This document shows, piece by piece, positions 24,139 through 37,239 of a stretch of 64,000 nt of DNA. This stretch comes from Octopus sinensis (lineage: Eukaryota): the NCBI RefSeq assembly GCF_006345805.1, contig NC_043005.1:12896001-12960000 (forward strand), in the 5' to 3' direction. Both the position numbers and the translations under genes were made by a program. Under the pieces are notes generated by a model. It ran no database searches and was not told the DNA's origin. It saw nothing but the letters and a program-made list of their open reading frames with translations. The first letter of the stretch is position 1. Every line of letters starts with the position of its first letter.

Positions 24139-25660
24139 TTAATTTTTCTTTGTTTCAGGGCAGGAAACCTTTAAGTGCTTTACAGACCCACATTTATGGC
24201 ATCTTGGCTTTCTACCCTCCACGAACACTGACAGGTGAGTACCATAGGGGAGATCGATTAGATCAGGCAGCTGGTCTACATGGTCTTGCTTGCATTGCAA
24301 GGTCACTTCCCATACCTAACCAGTTTTGCTTAGGTAGTTTCTTGACCTCCAGTATTGTGACTTCGTCTTCTTCTAAACCCGCCAAGACGGCCGCCACTAA
24401 CCAGGTGACGGATATTTCTAGCGACACATTCAGCACCCTAATCTCGGCAAGACGTTGGCCGCGATAACTGAAGATAAAGAAAAAGTTGTCATTCTTCGAA
24501 AAGGTTGCAGAATTGCATCTAGCTTCTTTTTCCGTCCCAAATCTCACCTCAATGGTTCCAAACTTGTTCCCTCGGGTGATGTGGGTCTTTTGTTCCCAAA
24601 TGCGCCCTAGGCATTTTTGTACTTCGCTCTCGGGAGTATTTTCCACGCCCCGAGATTTGACTCCGATGCAACAGTATGTGACTGTGCATCTTGCGATATT
24701 GGATCTTTTCGGTTTGAACGCAGTTTTTAACATAATTTCTAGGTAACTAAAAAATTTTAAACTTCGTATACTGGTAGAATGTGTTTATAAAACATATTTT
24801 TCTCTTGGCTTTATTGAGAAAATTTATAGTTTGTAAGACATTTGTTGTTGTTTTTTCATCAATTTCTGCAATTTCAACCAATCAATTACGTCCATTGAGG
24901 TAAAAAAACATTGTGTGCCGTATGAATATGTTCCTCGTTTAAGAAACAGACTGGGTTTATTTACATTTGTGAATAAAAAAAGATACTCCTTCCCCACCCC
25001 TAACTCTAACCCTAACACTAACTAACCCTAACTAACCCTAACCCTAAAACAGATTGAAATGCAATAGATCGATACTAGGGTCATAATAACGGGTGACAAT
25101 TTCATATGACACCGCTAGAAAAAACTGCCGTTCAAACCGAAAAGATCCGCGATATTTTCTATTACGTCCAATGAAGGGTTAAGAGCTAACCTTCTCCAAT
25201 CTCTTTTAACAATATTTCTAGCAAATTTTAATTTTTCTTCATCTATGTGGAAGCACTCCATATTTCTCGCCGCTGACGCAAAAGAAACAGGGGCGATATT
25301 TGTATTTTTATGTTTTATTTCTTTCGTATTGTTGTTGCTGTTTTTGTTGTTGTTGTTGTTATTGTTGTTGTTGTTGTTGTTGTTGTTGCTGCTGCTGCTG
25401 TCACTGCTGCTGCTGCTGTTGCCGTTGTTCTCTTTGTCGACACTTAAAGTTTTGACGTTGCTTAGAGACGAGACATTTTTCGCCACGGTGACGTCATTAA
25501 GTGTAGTCCATTCCATATTAATATTCTCATTTCTTTCCTTGTTCTCAAAATTTCTCAAGAAGTGCGTTCCTTCATCGAACATTATGATGGCTTCTTTATC
25601 AGCCTTCTTTAAAAAATTGCAGAAAATTGCGAAACATTTGTTTTTGCTGAAAGCAGTTAA
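24139..25660 (-). mobile_element. LINE ORF1 (gag-like, probably Tx1/L1 clade) with a CCHC knuckle, split by a MITE
   Basis: ORFs 25115-25582 and 24263-24733 join in frame at the TSD (..IENIA|RCTV..); VSFASAA motif; after a frameshift GRKPRCHKCGSVKHLKVSC (CX2CX4HX4C) at ~24160-24201. Confidence 0.8.
24701..25148. mobile_element. Merlin-like MITE with internal telomere-like repeats
   Basis: ~29-bp TIR GGATCTTTTCGGTTTGAACG(G)CAGTTTTT; perfect 8-bp TSD GCGATATT; degenerate (CCCTAA)n at ~25000-25045. Superfamily inferred from the GG termini and 8-bp TSD. Confidence 0.85.
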
Positions 25661-25867
25661 AATTCAAACATCATTTATGCGCACCCCCTGCAAAATAGGG
25701 GGTACTTCTACACAAAAATACTATCTGCACAATCTGGGCAATCCCAGAAATGTAATGGTAACAATAGAGATGAAAAGCCGAAAAGATTACAAGCACTTTT
25801 TCAACTTACGGAGCACCAAATTTCCGTGACTTCACAGTATGGCAGCCATAAAAATAATAATGATAAC

Positions 25868-25903
<36 letters not shown>

Positions 25904-25904
25904 C

Positions 25905-25940
<36 letters not shown>

Positions 25941-25954
25941 TAATAATAATAATC

Positions 25955-25990
<36 letters not shown>

Positions 25991-25994
<4 letters not shown>

Positions 25995-26250
25995 TTCCTT
26001 TCATAGTAGGTACATTAGGCATGATAAAAAATATTCAGACAAATACATAACAAAAACACCAGGACTTACAAACACATATAACATACAGAAAATTGCACTA
26101 CTAGGCACTGCACACATCCTACGCAGAACACTTTCCATACAATAACCATCAGAGCATCACAACAAATCACAGCACATACCCAAGGCACACAGAGCTGCGC
26201 TCGGTAGTGAAGTGAAAGCACGCTATAAAAATAAAACTACTGAATAATAA
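25991..26250 (+). mobile_element. 3' end of an R4/Dong-like LINE following an (AAT)n array
   Basis: TIPFIVGTLGMIK..IQKIALLGTAHILRRTLS, homologous to the C-termini at 27693 and 47413; ends AATAATAA. Confidence 0.8.
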
Positions 26251-27867
26251 GTGTGCCAAGGCCACTTTCCAGAAAGGGAAAGTGAAGACCACAAATTCAG
26301 TCGTGTTAGATGTTGACACAGTCATAAGAGAGCTTGAGCAAGAACAGACATACAAATATTTAGGGATAAATGAAGGCTCTGGTATTCAGCATGCAAGCAT
26401 GAAAGAGAAGATCAGGAAGGAATGTTATAGGAGAGTTCGTGCAGTCCTGAAATCTGAACTAAATGCACGTAACAAGGTGTTAGCTATAAATTCCTTAGCA
26501 GTTCCAGTTGTTACTTATAGCTACAATGTGTTGAACTGGAATATGAGTGAAGTAAAGAATATAGATAGGAAAATACGCAAGCTGCTGAGTTGTAATAGGA
26601 TGCACCACCCAAGGCAGACGTAGATCGCCTTTACCTTCCCAGAGCCCAAGGAGGTCGAGGCCTGATCCAATTTGAACTAGCTTACAAAACAACCACAATT
26701 GGACTGGCCAAATATCTCGAAATATCGAATGACTGGATGCTAAAGCTCGTGGAAAATCACGAGAGACGAAAGAAGCTTCATTCTATTATAAAGGAAAGCA
26801 AAAAATTTGCTATTGATCTCGTGCAGGATACCCAAACTGAACAACCCGAGGGTAGTACGGCAACTATTGTTGCAAAGAAGGTGAAAATGATGGCAACGAA
26901 AAAAGCGCACGAGCAATTGGCTGATAGGTGGGAGGAGAAACCTCTGCACGGCAAATATGTGACCCGCAGCAAACAAGCTGATGTTGACCAGAAGCAAACC
27001 CATCAGTGGCTACGGAGCTCAGGGCTAAAAGCAGAGAGCGAAGGTTTCATCCTGGCTGCTCAAGATCAAAGCCTATTAACCCGGAACTACCAGGCCAATG
27101 TGATGAAAAATGGAGCAGACCCAAAATGCCGATTCTGCAACGACATGATTGAAACAGTGGACCACCTAATCTCTGGATGTAAAGTCTTAGCACCAGTGGA
27201 GTATAAATTAAGACATGACAGAGTTGGCCAATATCTCTACTGGCTAATAAGTCGGCATTACAATATCAGAACTGCCGACAAGTGGTATAATCACTACCCT
27301 CAGGCTGTAACTGAAGGAGAAAATGTAACCATTCTGTGGGACTTTCCAGTACATACAGACCGAACCATCAAGGCCAATAAACCAGATATTGTTGTGAAAG
27401 ACCAAAACAATAAAGTTTGCTTATTGATCGACATGAGCATCCCCTGTGATCATAATATCTCAGCGAAAGAGTTTGACAAGCTCAGAAAATATAAAGACCT
27501 ACTCATTGAAATTGAGAAAATGTGGCATCTCAAGGCGGTTACAATACCAGTGATCGTAGGAAAACTAGGAATGATCAAGAAGGGAACCGAAAATTATATG
27601 AGAATGATCCCTGGCTTACCATCCCTGCAAGAAGTGCAAAATATTGTCTTAACTGGTACATCACACGTATTGAGAAGAGCATTGTCGATGTGAGAACTGT
27701 TGCTGCTCAAGTATTTTAATTTAACTTAAAAAAAAAAAAATGAACGAACTATTGAGTTTGGTTTAATGGCCTACCAATGTATACTATGAGTTTCTTTGCC
27801 CTAGGAGTCGGGAAGACACTCGGCAAGAAATGGAAGCAAATTTGAAATTTGAAAGAAGAAAAAAAAA

Positions 27868-27868
<1 letters not shown>
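26251..27868 (+). mobile_element. R4/Dong-like LINE, 5'-truncated (RT C-terminus, CCHC, RLE)
   Basis: 318-aa ORF 26737-27693 with CRFC..ETVDHLISGC, RHD, KPDIVV, LIDMSIP, KLRKY; (AAT)n tail from 27869. Confidence 0.93.
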
Positions 27869-27928
<60 letters not shown>

Positions 27929-27943
27929 TAATTAATAATAATA

Positions 27944-28281
27944 AAGGGTAAAGACCCCCTTCGGTCATGAATGACCATGGGATTGCACCTAGAAAGTTAT
28001 CCTCCTAGACACAAGTCCGGGCACGGTTGTTTATGGAAGACCAGCAGTCGCCCATGCATACCAGCCTCCCCTCTCCACGCCACCAGTGTTATCCAACGGA
28101 AAGACAAAGGTCGATACAGCTTGGCACCAGTGACGTCGCAACTCATTTCTACAGCTGAGTGAACTGGAGCAACGTGAAATAAAGTGTCTTGCTCAAGAAC
28201 ACAACACGCAGCCCGGTCCGGGATTCGAGCTCACAACCTCACGATCGTAAGCTCGACGCTCTAACCACTGAGCCATGCGCC

Positions 28282-28282
<1 letters not shown>
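27944..28282 (-). mobile_element. SINE family D, full length, within (AAT)n
   Basis: tRNA-like head AGGCGCATGGCTCAGTGGTTAGAGCG..CGAATCCC, central TTGAGCAAGACACTTTATTTCAC block. Confidence 0.88.
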
Positions 28283-28314
<32 letters not shown>

Positions 28315-29249
28315 CAACAAAAAGTGCCTTTGCTACTCTTGGCCTTCGGAGGATGCCCGATACTAAGGCCGCTTAAATAAATTTATAATGAAAGGAAACC
28401 ATAAATGATAATAATAATATCAAAAAGCAATCGGAAACTTAGTGTTATCAACTCTCACATTAATCATCCTCTAATTAAAAGTAGGTGTACACCGGGAATC
28501 TTCTCAGACGACATCCCTGAATGTATAGAAAGATAAGATTAGTGAAATTGAAAAACAGTAATTAAAACTCACACTAGAAACGAAAGATCACGGATCTTTT
28601 CCTTACAAATTACAATTTTCTCAAAAAAGTCAAGTGAAAATAATGTTTTCTTTTGACACATTCTACCAGTATACGAAGTTTCAAATTGTTTAGTTAACTA
28701 GAAAATTCCGTCCATCAAAAGGAAAAGATCCAAGATCACTTAGTTCAATCCTTCCTTAAGCATGAGTGATTGCAACAGCATCGTAACGAATTTCTACAAA
28801 ATATTTCACACACTTTCACATCACATCTTACCAAAAATGCCACCAAAATTAGAGCAATACAACAAACCGCACATCATAAGTAGCCAGCATCAAAATTAGG
28901 AACAGTTTTGAACTCATAAAGCAAATCTACTTTTTCATGCTGGCCATCAACGCCAGAAGAAGTCATCTCAATGGAATTTAGCTTATAAAATCTGTCGTAG
29001 ATATTGCCTTCATATTCAGCATCAACAAAATTTGAACTACAGCCGTTCTGTTCAAATCAAGTTACGACCGACACACTTATTCTTTCGTAACAGTTCCTTA
29101 ATGAAGTGAAAAACAATAAACCATGTCGAGGCTTAAATAGATGTATCTAACTATTTTAAAGAAGAACAAGATGATGATGAACGGGTTTTATTGGATAACG
29201 ATGAATACGAGCGTTAAAAGCCATAGATATAGATTTAAATATATCAACA

Positions 29250-29660
29250 GATGAATAAAAGTGGAATAGGAATAGGAAGAAGATGTAGGTGGGAGAAATA
29301 CTGTTGAAGAGGAAGAAAAGCAAGCAAAGGAAAGAAGAAGAAGAAGGAGAAGAAGAAGAATGTAGAGGGAAAGGAGGAGGAAGAGACAGGAAGAAGAAAA
29401 GAAGACGAAAGGAAGAAGGAAGGATGAGGTAGTAGTGGTGGTGGTAGTGACAGTGGCGGAGGTGATGACGGAGAATGAGGATGGAGTGAAGATAAAGATG
29501 AAGAAGAAGAAGAGGAAGAAGAAGAAGAAAAAGAAGAAGAAAAAGAAGAAGAAGAAGAAGAAGAAGAAGAAGAAGAAGAAGAAGAGAAGAAGAAGAAGAA
29601 GAAGAAGAAGAAGAAGAAGAAGAAGAAGAAGAAGAAGAAGAAGGAAAATTCTATGAAGAA
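29250..29660. repeat. (GAA)n purine-rich microsatellite
   Basis: Direct inspection. Confidence 0.95.
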
Positions 29661-29967
29661 TAACGAAGACGCAGTGGTAATAAGCAAAGCCGGATAACTG
29701 GAAGATTATTTAGTTCAATGTACACTCCTTCCATCTTGGTTTTAAGCATTGGCGTAGAGTGAAGGTTGATCAAATGTAAAAGAGCTGTTGCCAAATAGGG
29801 AAGTGAATAAACTATCGAAGAGATTTCTTTAATAGACAGCAAGGAGCAATTGTTATTTCTGAAACAGATAAGAACACCTCTCATTGCTGGATGCGGCTGT
29901 GATGTTCATGCCTAGCTTCCTTATTTGACACTGGAAAGTAATAATTCCTTTAATGTAGACAAAATAT

Positions 29968-30351
29968 GGAAGCACTCCTTCGGTTACGACGACGAGGGTT
30001 CCGGTTGATCCGAATCAACGGAACAGCCTGCTCGTGAAATTAACGTGTAAGTGGCTGAGCACTCCACAGACACGTGTACCTTTAACGTAGTTCTCGGGGA
30101 TATACAGCGTGACACAAAGAGTGACAAGGCCGGCCCTTTGAAATACAGGTACAACAGAAACAGGAAGTAAGAGTGAGAGAAAGTTGTGGTGAAAGAGTAC
30201 AGCAGGGATCACCACCATCCCCTGCTGGAGCCTCGTGGAGCTTTAGGTGTTTTCGCTCAATAAACACTCACAACGCCCGGTCTGGGAATCGAAACCGCGA
30301 TCCTATGACCGCGAGTCCGCTGCCCTAACCACTGGGCCATTGCGCCTCCAC
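29968..30351 (-). mobile_element. SINE family C, full length
   Basis: tRNA-like head GGCGCAATGGCCCAGTGGTTAGG..GTTTCGATTCCC; 11-bp TSD AGACAAAATAT (29957-29967, 30352-30362). Confidence 0.93.
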
Positions 30352-30944
30352 AGACAAAATATAGTTCCATTATGATAAGTTATTTTTGGATAAGAATCGC
30401 TTTATTAAAGACTTCACAGACGGCCATGACAGCTCAAGTATATGATTTCAATCGTAAGAATATTTATCACTCATCAATCTCCATAGAGAATTAGTTACTT
30501 TTGACAAGTGTCTTCTTAGCATTGAATTCCATCAATGCCAGACTGGTAATGGTCGAGAATGGGTTTTATACGTAGAATATGATGTTTCTATTTCAAACAT
30601 AACATAACTCGAAATGATGTCATTCCATTCTGTCAGCACGAGATCGAATGACTGACGGGGTTTCAAATACATAATTGAGAAATACATTTCTTTATCTCTT
30701 CTATGTATGTATATGTATGTATATGTGTATGTGTGTGTATGTATATACATATATATGTATGTAAATATAAATACATATATGCGAATGCACACACACACAC
30801 ACACATACAAATGTGTATTTGTGCGTGTGTGTGTGCGTGTGTGTATATATATATATTTCTCCCAGTCTCTCTCTGTCTCTAACACTGTCTCTGTCTCAAT
30901 CTCTCTCTTCCTACAAATATATATATATATATATGTATATATAA

Positions 30945-31005
<61 letters not shown>

Positions 31006-31009
31006 ACAT

Positions 31010-31056
<47 letters not shown>

Positions 31057-31086
31057 CATATACGCACACACATATTTATGTACACG

Positions 31087-31150
<64 letters not shown>

Positions 31151-31909
31151 ATACAGGATGTGTGTCTGAATGTTTGTCATGTTGTTAAAACTCGAGATCC
31201 ACCCAACCAATTTCAATGAAATAAGCAGCATTTTTAAAGCATTTTCGCAGCGTTATTGCCCGTAACTCGAAGAGTATCCAGTCGCTTTCCTACAAATTTG
31301 CAACAAACATTCATCAGGCTCCTCGAATTGTTGTTGACGAATAAAAATTTCCGACGCCAAACATGGGCGCTCCCCACCAAATGCAGATCAATCAGATTTG
31401 AGTATACTGCACTGGGTTTTACCTTTATTTTAGGCCTTTTTCAGACGGTAAAATATTGACATTACTTAGGCATTATAAGTACCGTAAAATATTTCACGAA
31501 AACCTTTTTGTCCAATTTGACAGAGGAAATGAGAAGAACACTAAAATTTTAGTCGACGCCCTGTTGATGCTTCATGTTAGCCTCCCGCGCACCACCGGGC
31601 CATGTGCGTCCGTGTGCGGTTGGGTAAAAGCACAACAAACCCATTCATCCATTCCCCAAAAGTGCCCTGTTGATGTTTCACGTTTCCAATTCTGTGCAAC
31701 GCAGCATGGCCCAGCAGCATGTCTGCTTCCTATGTCATCCATCTCTGAACTATTCTATGCGAGATGTTCATACAAACAAAACAAAATGCTTTTGTGACTC
31801 ACAGCCATTTGAGTTTGACCGCGTGACCGCTTCCGGAAGCTACGCTCGCCACCTGCAATTATTCCCCTCCCCCTGTGTTCCCTTCCCTGTTTAGTCGGAC
31901 GAGTAAATA

Positions 31910-32381
31910 CAGGGTGTCCTAGAATTAGTGATGATTTGATTGAAATCGGATACATTTTTTAAAAAACTCACTTTTATTTATGTTTATCATGTTTAAAAGC
32001 ATATAAATTTTGAATTTTGTTTGTAATTTTATTTTCATTCTTGTTGGACCCCTCTTATTTGTCCATGACAGATTTTTTTTCAATTTGGCAGCAATCATTT
32101 TCTTTACTCCATCCCCAAGATGGAGCAATCATTTAGCCGAGCTTAAAGAACACATTCCGTTAGCAGTGCAGGAGCTAACTCCTGAAATGCTTTAAAATGT
32201 GTTTCACAATGCTAAGGAGAGATTTGAAGTATGCAGGGATACAGACATGTTGAAAATTTTCAGTAAAAGTTTGCCGTAACATTTATAAATCTATTTGTTT
32301 TGGTAATAAAGATAAAATTCTGTCATTTTTTTTTATTTTCTCAATTTCATTGAAACAGGTGGTTAATTCTGGAACACCCTG
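31910..32381 (+). mobile_element. Tc1/mariner deletion derivative (472 bp)
   Basis: TA|CAGGGTGT...AGAATTA TIRs|TA; internal LAELKEHIPLAVQELTPEML.NVF resembles a mariner-type C-terminus. Confidence 0.85.
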
Positions 32382-33051
32382 TATGGTGAAGTATTGTTAG
32401 CTGTTGCGTTACTCGAATAAATATTAAAATCAAAGGACTTCTCGCCGTAAACATCCCATGTTTTTGTTAAGCATATGTATCAAGGAGTATATTGTCCAAA
32501 ATATATCTCACCTTCATAGGCAGGGCTGTGTGGTCGAGAAGCTTGCTTTCCAACAATGTCACCTTGTGTTCAGTCCCACAGTGCGGCACGCTGGGCAATT
32601 CTCTTTCATTACAGCTCCGTGCCGACCAAAGCCTTGTGTATTATAAAATTGCCGTTACTGTATTGATATATAAAATAACACATACAACTCACTTATTATA
32701 GTCATATAATAAACAAACAGAAGTTCGTGTATGAAATTGATCTTTTTCCTTCTTCAATTATTACATGCTTTTTTCTTATAAAATACACACATACAGGAGG
32801 AGTAAATCTCTATATATTAATAACACTTTGAATGTGGCTCCCGAGAAAGAGTAAAAGTAATTACCCGATCAATAACGAGTATTACTGCTAATATATATAC
32901 TATTCTGAAGCAAGAAAATTAATGACAGTGAGTGCAAAGTTTCGGCCAGTTAAGCCGTTGTCTGGCGATGTAATGATGAATTTGTACTCTACAAAAGTAT
33001 ACTGTAACCCATCAGATTAGCGTAAAATTGTTTTTATTATAACTGAGCGTA

Positions 33052-33262
33052 AGGCGGCGAGCTGGCTGAATCGTTAGCGTGGCGGGCAAAATGCTTACAA
33101 GCATTTCGTCTATCCTTACGTTCTGAGTTCAAATTTCGCCGAGGTCGACTTCGCCTTTCATCTTTTCGGGGTCGATGAAATAAGTAGCAGTCACGCACTG
33201 AGGTCGATGTAATCGACTTGCCCCTCCGCTAAAATTTCAGGTCTTGTGCCTATTGTAGGATG
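33052..33262 (+). mobile_element. SINE family A, tail-b/c variant
   Basis: Head and core as at 1671; tail CCCCTCC..AAAATTTCAGGTCTTGTGCCT. Confidence 0.85.
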
Positions 33263-33317
33263 GATTATAAATGAACATGAAAATAAACATTAATATATAT
33301 ATATATATAAAAATATA

Positions 33318-33359
<42 letters not shown>

Positions 33360-33361
33360 TG

Positions 33362-33428
<67 letters not shown>

Positions 33429-33429
<1 letters not shown>

Positions 33430-33815
33430 TAGCAGTATCGCCCGGCGTTCCTCGGGTTGTTTCGACCCGCTGGAATTGGAATTTTTGAAAAGTAAAAATT
33501 TTGCATTATGTAGCTTGTTATTCTCTTCAAGTGAACATTTTTCTGGTTGAAATACACCGAAAAGTGGCGACACAGCAGTGAAAAAATCGTAAAAAATAGG
33601 GATTTTCATAGAAAAAAGCACCTTTTTGATGTAAATAATTTTTGGTGTTAACATGGTCCGATTTGAATTTTATCTTCTACGGAAGGAAGAGCAACCCTTC
33701 TATCATACTCTCAATTTTGGTCAACTTGCGCCGCAGGGTCTCGGAGGAGATAGTGTTAGTTGAAGGCTACCAAACCTGGCGCACACAGACAACTTCAGCT
33801 TTATATATAGAGAGA
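33429..33815 (-). mobile_element. Non-autonomous Helitron
   Basis: A|TCTCTCTATATATAAAGCTGAAGTTGTCTGTG ... CCCGAGGAACGCCGGG..CTAG|T, next to (TA)n. Confidence 0.88.
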
Positions 33816-33952
33816 TAACACACACACATTAAAACACATACATACACACTCACACACATGTATGTATGTATGGATGTATGTATATATGTACATCTGTCCA
33901 CTTCTTGCCATATTTTTATCCTTCACTTCCTACACACACACACACACACACA

Positions 33953-33999
<47 letters not shown>

Positions 34000-34834
34000 T
34001 CTTAGCTTACAAATTTCTTTCAACAATTGACAACTGAAGTACGCTCGCAAATTAATACTACAAAAACTTAGCGACAGAAAGTAAATTAAAAACCAATTTA
34101 CCTTTTCTGTTGAGTTATCATTCTAATTCGACCGTCTGATTTCCTTAAATCCGTCTCTTTTCTTCAACTGAACTTAGTTCCTATCGTTTCTTAAAGTACT
34201 TTGTGAAATCTAGGAGTGTTTTTTTCTGTTATTTCTCGAGAAAGTTTTGTTTCCTGGACACTAAAAACTAACGGGAAGTAGAGAACAGTCCCAGTACAAT
34301 TGGTGTAATAGTGTAACTCATAATGTGAGCGGCTAGCATCTACTTACCATATGTCAGTGAATTGTTGCAGTGTGTTTGCAAATGTGTTCGAATCAGAAAG
34401 TGAATTGTGTTTGGCGCCTTTTTTACTAATAACAAACACACACGTGTGTGTGTGTGTGTGTTTGAGTGTTTGTAAGTAGTTGTTTGAAACGTTTGTGTTT
34501 GTCACTGTCATATATGTATATGTTTGCGTGTCTATGTGTGTAAAGAGAAAGTAAGAGAAAGTGTGGTAATAAGCGGAGTAAAGCCTTTGAAGCGAGAGAG
34601 GGAAATCGTAAAATATTGAGTTTTCTCGAATTGTTGCTTAATTGGGGGTCAAATTGAAAAACTTTATATGCCATGACCCAATCGAATCTACTTCGAAAAA
34701 TCATAGGTAAATTCCAATTGAAGAAATTCTATATTGTAGAATTGTATTAAAAACAAACATGGTAACAGGCAGAGAAAATCTGCCTTTTATCATAAGACAT
34801 ATATATATATACATATATATATATACATATACAT

Positions 34835-34908
<74 letters not shown>

Positions 34909-35057
34909 TATATAGAGGGCACTATCACACATAGATGCCTCACGCTAGGAGGGACTCTTAAAGTCAAAACTACTAAAATAAATACATACGTCGCACCGAA
35001 AACAATTCTCGAAGCAGATCATTTAAAAACAGAATTTAGCCACATATCACTCTGTGA

Positions 35058-35397
35058 TTTCGGTCATACGATCGCGGTTTCGATTCCCAGACCGGGCGTT
35101 GTGAGTGTTTGCTGAGCGAAAAACACCTAAAGCTCCACGATGCTCCAGCAGGGGATGGTGACAAATCCTGCTGTACTCTTTCACCACAACTTTCTCTTAC
35201 TTCTTGTTTCCGCTGTACCTGTAATACAAGGGCCAGTCGCGTCACACTCCGTGTCACGCTGAATGTCCCCCGAGTACTACGTTAAGGGTACACATGTCTG
35301 TTATGTGCTCAGCCATTTGCACGTCAATTTCACGAGCAGGCTGTTCCGTTGATCGGACCAACTGGAACCCTCGTCGTCGTAAGCGACGGAGTGCCAC
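35058..35397 (+). mobile_element. SINE family C, 5'-truncated
   Basis: Matches the body and tail of 29968-30351. Confidence 0.88.
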
Positions 35398-35534
35398 AAT
35401 ACACTAACTAATTATGTACTACAATTATTTTTATAACCTATATTCAAATTTCTAATTATTAATTGATAATTTAAAAAATGAATTTTTTAAAGTACAAAAA
35501 TATTTTGAGTTATTTTTTATATTTAATAGAAGTA

Positions 35535-35668
35535 AAAAGTAACAACAAGGCTTTGGTCGGACCGAAGCTTGAATAGAAGACACTTTGCCCAAGATGCCAT
35601 GCTGTGGGATTGAACCCGGAAGCATGTGATTTAGAAGCAAGCTTCTTACCACACAGCCACGTCTGCAC
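35535..35668 (-). mobile_element. SINE family B 5' fragment
   Basis: Reverse complement of the family B head; similar fragments at 32518-32640 (+) and ~41543-41690 (-). Confidence 0.75.
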
Positions 35669-36877
35669 CTATGTATGTATGTATGTATGTATGTATGTAT
35701 GTGTGTATTTATGTATGTATGTATGTATGTATGTATGTATGTATGTATGTTTGTATGTATGTATGTATGTATGTATGCATGTATGTGTGTATGTATGTGT
35801 GTATGTATGTATGTATGTATTGTGTATGTATGTATGTATGTATGTATGTATATGTATGTATGTATGTATATATGTATGTACTATATGTGCTTGCATGCAA
35901 ACCTATATAATACGTATGTGTATGCTAAAATCCAGGTACCGAAGGATCAATGTATGTATGTATGTATGTATGTATGTAAGTATGTGTGTATGTATGTGTG
36001 TATTTATGTATGTATGTATGTATTGTGTATGTATGTATGTATATATGTATGTACTATATGTGCTTGCATGCAAACCTATATAATACGTATGCGCATGCTA
36101 AAATCCAGAATCCGAAGGATCAATGGAGACTACCTATCTTGCTACCCCCATCTTCCCCACTTCTCTTTTTCTTTTAGATGATGATGATGATGATGTCAAT
36201 GATGATGTCACCGAAGGCGATGATATTTAAACTGCGCCATTACTGCTCTGCTTTACTGATATGAGAGTTCGGTGTCAATATCCGGTGCAATTGCGTAACT
36301 TTCGTAGAATATATTACTTTTGATTTAAGAAATGCTATCCAAGATCTGTGTAAAACGATGCATTTCTCTCCGTCTGAATTCCTGCTTGGGTGGAGATATT
36401 CTTAGAGAGCTAATGGCAATATTTTCTATAGTTTTGGAGCATAAGGGTGATATATCTAATTTCTTTCTAAATTTAACTGTTTATATGAAAACAAATATTG
36501 AATTAGATGAATTAATGAAACATATAGAGAAATAAAATATGTATCTCACTGAAGGTCAAATGGTTAACTTAACCAATAACGAATAGCAACCTAATATTCT
36601 TGCGGTTCTCTCACTCGAGGAAAACAATTCGTTTCTCAGTTGCAACATACGACGTAACAAGTGTGAGGTGAATAATATATAGAAGCAGTCAATAGGAAAC
36701 TGAATTATGTAATATGGGAATATATAGAAAGACAAAATAGTTTTCTTGTTATGTATAATGGAAACAATATCTTCAAAGTCGAAGAAAAATATAAAAGATT
36801 TACAGGACAAAATAGGCAAGATAAGAAACAAAATCAAAATAGATTTTGAAATTCGTGAAGTACGTTTGCCACCTAAA

Positions 36878-37105
36878 TGTGGCTAACCCTTAAAGGTTGA
36901 TGCTACTGTAGCTTGTAGCCCTAGGAGGACACCTCCTCCAGCTGGCTATTGACACACTTTCTGTGCCCTATCAGTATTTACAAAGGGAAGTCATCGTTCC
37001 CATCTCCAGCCTGACGTGATACACACGGACCCGAGTTTCTGGTATTGGTTCGTCATCAGCGTGTGACAACCACCGGTTGGCGATGGGAAGTGGTTCTCAA
37101 TGCAA
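36878..37105. repeat. Unclassified interspersed repeat (second copy at 49777-49980)
   Basis: Shared blocks such as CCCATCTCCAGCCTGACGTGATACACACGGACCCGAGTTTC and GTTCTCAATGCAA. Confidence 0.8.
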
Positions 37106-37239
37106 GAAAAGATGAAGAGAAAACCCTCTCTTTTATTTTATTTTACCCAGACGTTTGCTGGTGCCCAAGGATTGAATGACACAGCTGTCGGTCTTAGCTT
37201 TAGTTCCGACCGCTTCCTCTGGCACCTGTTGTTTCCATT

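Noticed and set aside
28730-29110. Possible transposase next to a MITE end fragment
   Set aside because: Translation of the minus strand showed no Merlin DDE motifs
31152-31900. Possible further mariner relic starting TACAGGATGTG
   Set aside because: Only one TIR-like end and no readable transposase motif
34342-34350. ATG|GTAAGT on the minus strand in a non-TE-looking region (possible first coding exon)
   Set aside because: A 9-mer expected by chance at this length (another lies near 56440); it also resembles the SINE B head; no downstream exons found
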